Below, one piece after another: positions 54,518 through 64,000 of a DNA stretch of 64,000 nt (position 1 is the stretch's first letter; each line of letters opens with the position of its first letter). Where the stretch lies: contig OX597825.1 of the NCBI GenBank assembly GCA_951406725.2, positions 38,750,001-38,814,000 on the forward strand, in the 5' to 3' direction. Source of the DNA: Octopus vulgaris. Taxonomy: Eukaryota. The notes under the pieces were generated by a model. That model ran no database searches, was not told the origin of the DNA, and saw only the letters and a list, made by a program, of their open reading frames with translations. The translations under genes were made by a program, and so were the position numbers.

Positions 54518-56062
54518 CAAGAGTTGACTGCAAAGTTTATAGACTGACTATCGTGTTAGAGCTGTGAAATCCCACATGCATTTCAGTACATCTTATTAAT
54601 AATTGCATTGTTTCTTTTCAGGTAAACTGACTTCTGACTGTTCAAAGATTTCAAATATAACTAGTTGCGACTTTTCATCAAAATGAACTAAATTTCTGTT
54701 GTGTCTGAGGAGAGCCATGTTCTTTTCGTGCCTTATAATGTAACACACTCACCGGTAAAATTTCCACTTATTTCTTATTTTTATTTTCCTAAAATTTTCG
54801 TTGCGTCTTGGAACATTTTCAATAGTCTTGCGTCAAAACTATTGAAAATGTTGGAAGACGCAACGAAAATTTTAGGAAAATAAAAATAAGAAATAAGTGG
54901 AAATTTTACCGGTGAGTGTGTTATATTATAAGGCACAAAAAGAAAATGACTCTCCCCAAATACAACAGAATATGCTTCAACACACGAAATCATATAAAGA
55001 ATCTTGCAAACCAAATCCAAAAATGAACTAAATTTGGCATCGTGGAATTATTAAGCATGTGTGTAAAAATAGCTTAGATCCCAAGGACATTCATGCTGCC
55101 AAGGTTGCACAATAAGTGGATGACGTTCCCGCTTCAAAATGGGCACCTGCATTTAGGAGGCTAATGGAGAGTGTTGAAGTAGATCCAACATCTGGACATC
55201 CTGCAACTAAAACTAGCGAGGAAAACATCGATCGTGTTCAATACATGGTGATTGATGGGAAGCGATTGATTGTAAATCAAAGACCAAATGCTATTAGCAT
55301 CATCTGTTAGAATGTTGAGAATATTCTGCTCAATGAATGTGGTGGTGAGTACTGCGTTTTCTGACTCCTGATCAGAAGTTCACCTGGTTGACCACATAGA
55401 GGGAAATCTGACAATGTTTGAGGCAAATCCAGGTGGTTTTATAGAACGATTCCGCAGTTAGGTGTGTGTTGCGTTCATCATTTTAAGTCAGAGACAAGGA
55501 GACCGTCTATGCAGTGGAAACACCTGTCCACATCTACTACAAGTAAAAACAAGATCGTGTGATCTGCACGAAATGTGATGGCCTCGGCTTTGAAATGCAA
55601 AAGGCATTAAGTTTACGGACTAATATCAAAAGGGAGACATCATCGGTGGGGATCACTATGTTTATATCCCGAGGCAGTCACGTAAAGCTATCACGAAGAA
55701 AAAAACCTGGAAAATAGACGAAAGTGGTCTTGTTACATCCGAACAACGCTCCAGCACACACGTCTTTGGTTCCAGTGGCTGCTGTGAGGGACTTTGACTT
55801 TGACCTGCCTCCTTATTTGTCCCTTCCTGATTATCCCCCACAGGAGGATAAGAAAAACACTTGGCTGGGTATCACTATCGCAATTATGATGACGTTATAT
55901 CTACTGTTGATGACATTTTTGACCAGCAGTATGAAAGCTTTTATACCAATTGGATCGAATAACTGCAACACCGGTGTATAAGTGTGTGGAGTGTAACTTC
56001 TTTTGATCACATTCCATGAGAATATATCTTGGACAGCTTTTGAACTTTTCAGGTGACACTCT
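54518..56062 (+). mobile_element. old degenerate mariner interrupted by a fold-back insertion
   Basis: Remnant peptides PKDIHA, KWAPAFRR, DPTSGHPAT, SMQWKH and HPNNAPAHTS; degenerate TIR-like ends at 54518-54548 and 56033-56062. Confidence 0.75.
54696..55019. mobile_element. 324-bp fold-back insertion with 16-bp target-site duplication
   Basis: TSD AAAATGAACTAAATTT at 54680-54695 and 55020-55035; arms 54694-54826 and 54838-54970; 49-bp one-sided extension. Confidence 0.85.
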
Positions 56063-56706
56063 TAATTGTTGTCCGTGCTTCCATGATAACTCGCTTCAAG
56101 CATGAGCATGACCTTCCATTTAGAGAGAGAAAACGAAATTATGTAATACCTTGTCCCAAACACTAATGATTCCGGTCTTTAAACATATAACAAAAACAAA
56201 ATCTGATAGATTAGTTTCAATTCGTTTTGAAAACTCTAAGGCTATGGGATAATATCGTTTAAAGTATGGGTTGGCTTAACTTTTTTGTTTTGTTTACTTT
56301 TTGTCTATTCATATAACTGATTTATGTACAGACATGTGTATGTATGTATCCCTCCCTCTCCTTCTCTCTCTTTTTCTCTCTCTCTCTATCATTCTATCTA
56401 TCTATTTCATTATATCTATTGTATATATGTATATGTGCATATATAAATAAAGCTATATATATATATGTATGTATCCTTTTATAATTAAATTACAGCTGGC
56501 ACATTTTATTAAACATTTCAAACATTTGGATATATTTGAAATATTCGTATATTTTGCGAGCTTTGTCCTAAGATTTTTAGCAATAGTTGTGTTGATGTTG
56601 GGGGTCCATTCTCCTGTATATTTGTCATAATTAAATAATGCAAGCTTTACACCCATAAGGTCCGAAAGTAAATTGTCATCTTGCAAAAAAAGGAAGAAAG
56701 CCTTAC

Positions 56707-56748
56707 CTTCATCACGTAGATTATCTATATTCAGAAGCATCAAAAGAC
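56707..56748 (-). CDS. candidate 42-nt frame-preserving micro-exon (xLLMLLNIDNLRDEx) of an unidentified host gene
   Basis: Minus strand: branch-like GACTAA, TATTTCTTCTAG acceptor, 42-nt open exon, AAG|GTAAGG donor. Confidence 0.35.
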
Positions 56749-57903
56749 CTAGAAGAAATATAATTTAGTCATTCTTTTGAAGAACTACATTTAGGGTAGT
56801 CTATCTAAATCAAAACCAACTTTTTTCCGATAGGAAACGAAATATGAGATGAAGGGATTAGCGAGAGCTCACACACAACATTAGCCTCAAGTGAAAATAA
56901 ACATACTTACAATGCCATATTGGAGAATGGCATTATAGTTGATTGAATATCTGTATCCCGAAACGATATTAGAGCTTCCTCCCGAATGAACATATTATCG
57001 AAGAAATAATTCGTTACAGAAGCAATTTCTCGATCTTATAAAATAGTATATATATATATAAAATGAAATAATCGTAATATGTTGGAAGAATCTTTCCTTT
57101 CGGATAAATCAACAATGTTTTTTCCCTCAAATGACCATTATTATATTGGTGAAGAAAAAAAAAGACGTTTTTCAATGATGATTGGCTGTCAGCAATAGAG
57201 AGATTTGTGGTCAGTGTCATAATGATATAATATTTCTTTATAAGTCAAGTTGCTGACCCACGGTTTCTATACGTTTCTATATAGTACAGCAAAGCAGTTA
57301 AAGACGGTTTGTTTCCACAAAGGGTTATTCAAAATGCAGCAATTCCAAAACTGATTTAGTGAGAAGTTCTACATTTCTACTGGGAATATAGAACAGTCTA
57401 TTCTTTTAAGTGAACTTTGAATAATCGCTATTTTAGACCGGTTTTATAATACCGGTATAAATCATCAACCACTTTATTTAAAATAAATGTTCATTTGAAG
57501 CGAACCGGCAGAAAAGATGAAATGTTCAAAAAGATGCCGAAAATAACAACTAAATGTTCATTACACAAATTTTGGAAAATGCTATGTCTATGGCAAAATA
57601 ATCACATTCTGCGACAGATTGGCTCATTAAGAACTGATGATAACCGCAATAGTATAGCTTTATTTACATTAAAATATATCAATATAGACACTATTTAATA
57701 ATGCTAGAAGTATTGATATGTTGGGTAGAATATTGACAATGCATAAATAAATTGATATGCAAAAATTAGGTTCTCTTTTGTACATTTAATCCTGGATAAA
57801 TTTTAGTATGAAACGAACAGGGAGTTGTGTGAATATGTGTGTGTGTGTTTGTGTGTATGTGTGTGTATTTGTATATGTATATATGTGTACACATACATAT
57901 GCT

Positions 57904-57951
<48 letters not shown>

Positions 57952-58194
57952 TGTGTATAAATCATATGCGTGTGTACATATATGTACGTACGTGTGTTTT
58001 ATCTGTCTGTCTATCTATCTATCTATCTATCTATCTATGTCAGATAAATAAGTCTGAGAAGTCAGTAGCGTTCATTTGAGCAATAGAGACGAATGCGTAT
58101 ATATTTTAAAACAAGGACAGATTCTTGATTTATTAAAATTATTTCTGCAGCTATAATATGCATGGTACCATTTTTCTCTCACCCATACATACAT

Positions 58195-58288
<94 letters not shown>

Positions 58289-59684
58289 TGTATACGTACA
58301 TAAATTTATCGTGAAGCTGAACATTCAAGTCCTTCGTTTTGTACGTATCTTGCTTGTGTGCGATAGTTTATGTTGTTAGAAAATATATTGAAGACATATA
58401 ATATACATCAAAACAGAGGGTAAAATGTTCCAATCTAATGAAGCAGTTTTCAGAAACATGTCAAGGACAGAAAAGTTTACGTTGTCATTCCATATGAATT
58501 CAGTATTTTTCGTTAGTTTTGAAAGTAGAATGCGTAGCAATGTATGACCTGTGAATGGAACTGAAAATATTACTGGTACCTTGATAAGTAAAACAAGGTG
58601 TGTGGGGAACACTACTACTGTTGAAGGTGCCACATATTCTGAGTGTAAGTCTTGTAGATAAGATGGTGCCTGAAGAAAGGTGTGCTTAACACAGAACACT
58701 TCTAAAAGAGTAAATGACTATAATACACGTTGTTGGCATTTAGCATTTTTATGTTTGCATACTTTTGCATAATTTGCATATTTGAAAGTAATAAATTTAA
58801 ATTATCAGTCTGAGGTCATTAAGATTATAAAGACTTATATACGACTTGTATTTTGACTTCGAAAGGGTTCAATTTATCTTGTCTGAAATTGAAATCGGAA
58901 TCACTGAAAGAACATGTATATAAGTATACGACTATTTGTATATCTATAAATTAAGTTAAATGTGAATTTTGGTTAAAAATGATGGCGTGATTGTAGTGAA
59001 ACATCAATCTATGCCACTGGTCACGAGAATGTATGTGCAGTGCGTTTAATCGTGATTTTAACAGGAAATTTGCAAAGAAAGAATTTGCTTTTTCCTGTCA
59101 TTAAATCCATATTGTAGAATAAATTACATTCTTCTATCGTGTTTGAAAATATTTTACGTATTTGTACTCTTGTGATGAACGTAAGCAAGTTGATATGTAT
59201 AGATTTATAAATATTCGTACATACATACACAACATCTCACATGCTGCCACACACAAATACGCTGTATGTGTATGCGCGAATTTCTCTCTCTCATTACATA
59301 TACATGTGTGTGTATGTGTGTATGTGTGCATGTGTGTACATGTGTGTACATGTGTAAATGAGAGCATGTGTATAAGTGCATTTATTTATTAGTGTGACCG
59401 TTTGTGTAAGTGTATAGCTAAATTTCAAAATATGAAAACAGCATGATTCATGTACTCGAATATGAAAACGGCTTGGTTTTATGAACGAAGATTGAGAGAG
59501 GACATCCACGTTCGTTGTAGGCATTTGACACGTGACGAGTCCGATTCAAGACAGACAATCATGACCGAATTGGTAGCAATGGAAGCGTCCCGTAGTGTCC
59601 TTGATTTTACTTCTCTCTCTCTCTTTCTCTCGCTTCCTCCCTCTCTTTCTCTCTCTGTACTCGCTTTCTTTCCCTCTTGTTTTT

Positions 59685-60215
59685 AAGTCTTGCGGTATTT
59701 TTCAAAGGAGACTATGACTCAGTGGACATCAAGGTTCCATGTTTTACGCTTAACAGTGAAAGCAGACAACTGGAAGTGTTTAGTGTGGTAGATATGAAGG
59801 GATTTTGTATATAGGTACTCCTATATCACGATGACCAGAGCACATTTCACCGTACAGTATGATATTGGCAGTTGATGTTCCCCCATCCTGTTGAAGTGTC
59901 CTGCCCAACGTAGATGTATCTTCAGCAGATTTGTTATCATACAAGGCGTTGTAAGTGGTGGTGACTGGGTAATCAGAACGACGGATCTGTAGATACTGAT
60001 GTCGGATTCTTTCTTCAGATGGCTATTATTCCAGACTCTTTCGTACAATCTACTGAATGCAGTTTGCTTTGGCCAGTCTGTTATCAAGTACATTATACAT
60101 TTCGGCATCTGACTAAATAGATGGAGCATCGTAGGTAGATGACTGGTTGACACTCCCTCACTCAGTTTTACCAAGGGTGTTGTATCGAGGGGTATTCTTG
60201 TTGTGGAGCACACCG
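59685..60215 (-). mobile_element. RTE-clade LINE 3' fragment
   Basis: AFSRLYERVWNNSHLKK...SIYRSVVL...HLRWAGHFNRMGEHQLP, typical of the RTE/BovB RT C-terminus. Confidence 0.75.
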
Positions 60216-60256
60216 ATGTATTACATATACATTAATGAATTAATAAAAATGAATTA

Positions 60257-62029
<1,773 letters not shown>

Positions 62030-62041
62030 TATATATATATA

Positions 62042-62100
<59 letters not shown>

Positions 62101-63599
62101 CGGCTAAGTTCGTGATCCAAATAGGAAGACAAAGGAAGAACTTAGTACATCTTCAATGATCGGTTTCTGTTTCAGATTTGCTTACAACGCTAGTTAAGCC
62201 AAAATTTCCAAGTGCAAATTTACGTCATATTTGCAATTTTAAACATTAGAATGACAATTGACGATGACAATAATTCATTGTGAAACTGGAGAAGTCGTCA
62301 TCGGCATGTCCTAACGTTTAAAGTTTACTTTCCATGGACAGAACAAATATTTTCTACCACTTCCTTTGCTGAAAAGCTCTGATTGAGTTCATATACAGCA
62401 TGCACTGTATGATAGATCTGATCGAAACTCAAACTCATTCGAAGAGGCTAAACAATGCGCATTTAATCCCTATGGTGTACAGTATTCTGCAAATAAAGAG
62501 AGAAACATTGTCTAAAATCTGATGTTTATTTCACCGTCAATATTCAAGGAATACCCTCGAAGTAATCATGTCAGAAATCATGTTGAAGAATTTCTCTCCA
62601 AATTAATACATGCAATTTTGATCTTTCTACTACATTTGCATCTCATTTCTTCTATGAAAAGCAATTAAATTTGTCTTAGTATACATGAGAAAGACACGTA
62701 TGGTAACAAGACATAAGATTCTCCATTCAAATTTGTTTGTGTATTATATATTACACATACGAATGTATAAAACAGAAAAATATGTCGTATACTCAATACA
62801 TTTATTTTAATATTTTTGCAAATAGATTATCTTATATTTCTTATTATATTTACATGTTATCTTTTATATCCCATTTAAATATGTGGGAGAGCATTTCAAT
62901 ATTACTATTTAAATATCAATTATTTATCACGAAAAGGATTTAGTGTTTAAAAATCAGTACTAAAACAAAATAATAATGAAATGAAACGTTGAAGAGCTCA
63001 TTTTCTTAGATAGGTATAGGCAACAGTCTGGCAGTACACGTTAGTGATTCACACAAAGATGATAGAATGATAATTGGAAATAAATAAATAAAAGTTTCAT
63101 AACTAACAGAAAATATAAAATTACTTAGGGAGAAAATTGACAACAGCAGAATGAATATGTCTCAGACCATTGCAGTCACGAGGAATACACTTGATGAATT
63201 GTTCACATATACAGAAAAACGCAAAGGCGAACATTTAGCTGACAATAATTTGCATAAAATCAAACAAAACAAAATGAAGTGTAATAACTGAAATAAGTCA
63301 ATGGCGCCGTTAAGTTAAATGAAATTAAACGAAGAAAGAGCTGGCGTCTTGAAATTCCCTGAATGATTTCATATTAGTCTCAGTTTCTTCCACATTGATA
63401 ATGAAACATATAAACGGCAAGATTTCAATAAATATTTATTTCTTAACGAAATGAAACAATTTAGAATTCTATTTTAAACATACATAAATAGTTACATACA
63501 TTCATACATACATACATACATATATACATACATACTTACATACATACTTACATACATACATACAGACATACTTACATACATATATGCATGGAAAACATG

Positions 63600-63815
63600 A
63601 ACAATAGAAGGAATTGCACATGTCGAATGCTTGGCAGAGAGTACCGAGAATTTTATGGCAACCAACTTTGAATGCTACCTCGATACAATTCAAGGACAAG
63701 ATACCCTCACCAAATACCCAAGAGACTCGAGGCAGAAAACGTTGACAGACAACACATGTAGACTACGTAAGACGAAGATTGAAGACATCGACTATATTAC
63801 TGTCAACGGTTAGTG
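63600..63815 (+). mobile_element. degenerate RLE-type (R4/Dong-like) LINE fragment
   Basis: FECYLDTIQGQDTLTKY...DNTCRLRKTKIEDIDYI resembles the AIQ(D/E)Q..TKY...CRLC....E.I.HI pre-knuckle and knuckle region. Confidence 0.5.
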
Positions 63816-64000
63816 AATATCTTCCAGACATTATCTTCCTATGGGGCATGATGTGTGGCTAGAAAAAGAAAATATCTACTGATGAATTTGACTGTTGACA
63901 CATTAAGCCAAACGACGATGCGAGTCAAATATATGCAAATCAGGATAGTCCTTGTAAGTATATAAAGAATTACTCGTCCTTATTGAATACATATATAGCC

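Noticed and set aside
54705-54730. CTGAGGAGAG in the hairpin left arm as a hammerhead
   Set aside because: No partner GAAAC, and the mirror arm reads TTGGGGAGAG.
58376-58699. 107-aa minus ORF and an overlapping plus-strand GTAAGT donor
   Set aside because: No recognisable motif; the plus frame has a stop just upstream with no acceptor between.

Overview
AT-rich, microsatellite-saturated eukaryotic non-coding DNA. The repeat repertoire resembles octopus genomes (inference; no search run). No confident host gene was found; the best candidate is a 42-nt minus-strand micro-exon. Nearly all listed ORFs are translations of simple repeats. Real coding content is transposon-derived: a full-length IR/DR Tc1 with an uninterrupted 338-aa DD34E transposase, two broken mariners, a Penelope-like (PLE) RT-thumb plus GIY-YIG remnant, an ORF1-only poly(A)-tailed L1/Tx1-like element, a Ty3/Gypsy gag relic, and RTE and RLE-type LINE fragments. 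There is also a hAT MITE and several tRNA-derived SINE families. The most striking pattern is a set of short fold-back (palindromic) insertions, mostly inside (TA)n tracts and often with a one-sided extension, matching PLE inverted pseudo-LTR structure. One carries a complete type I hammerhead ribozyme fold on each strand. A second family keeps an exactly spaced motif, CCGARA-N24-CTGANGA-N10-CGAAT, across three diverged copies; it contains hammerhead core words but does not fold as a canonical hammerhead.
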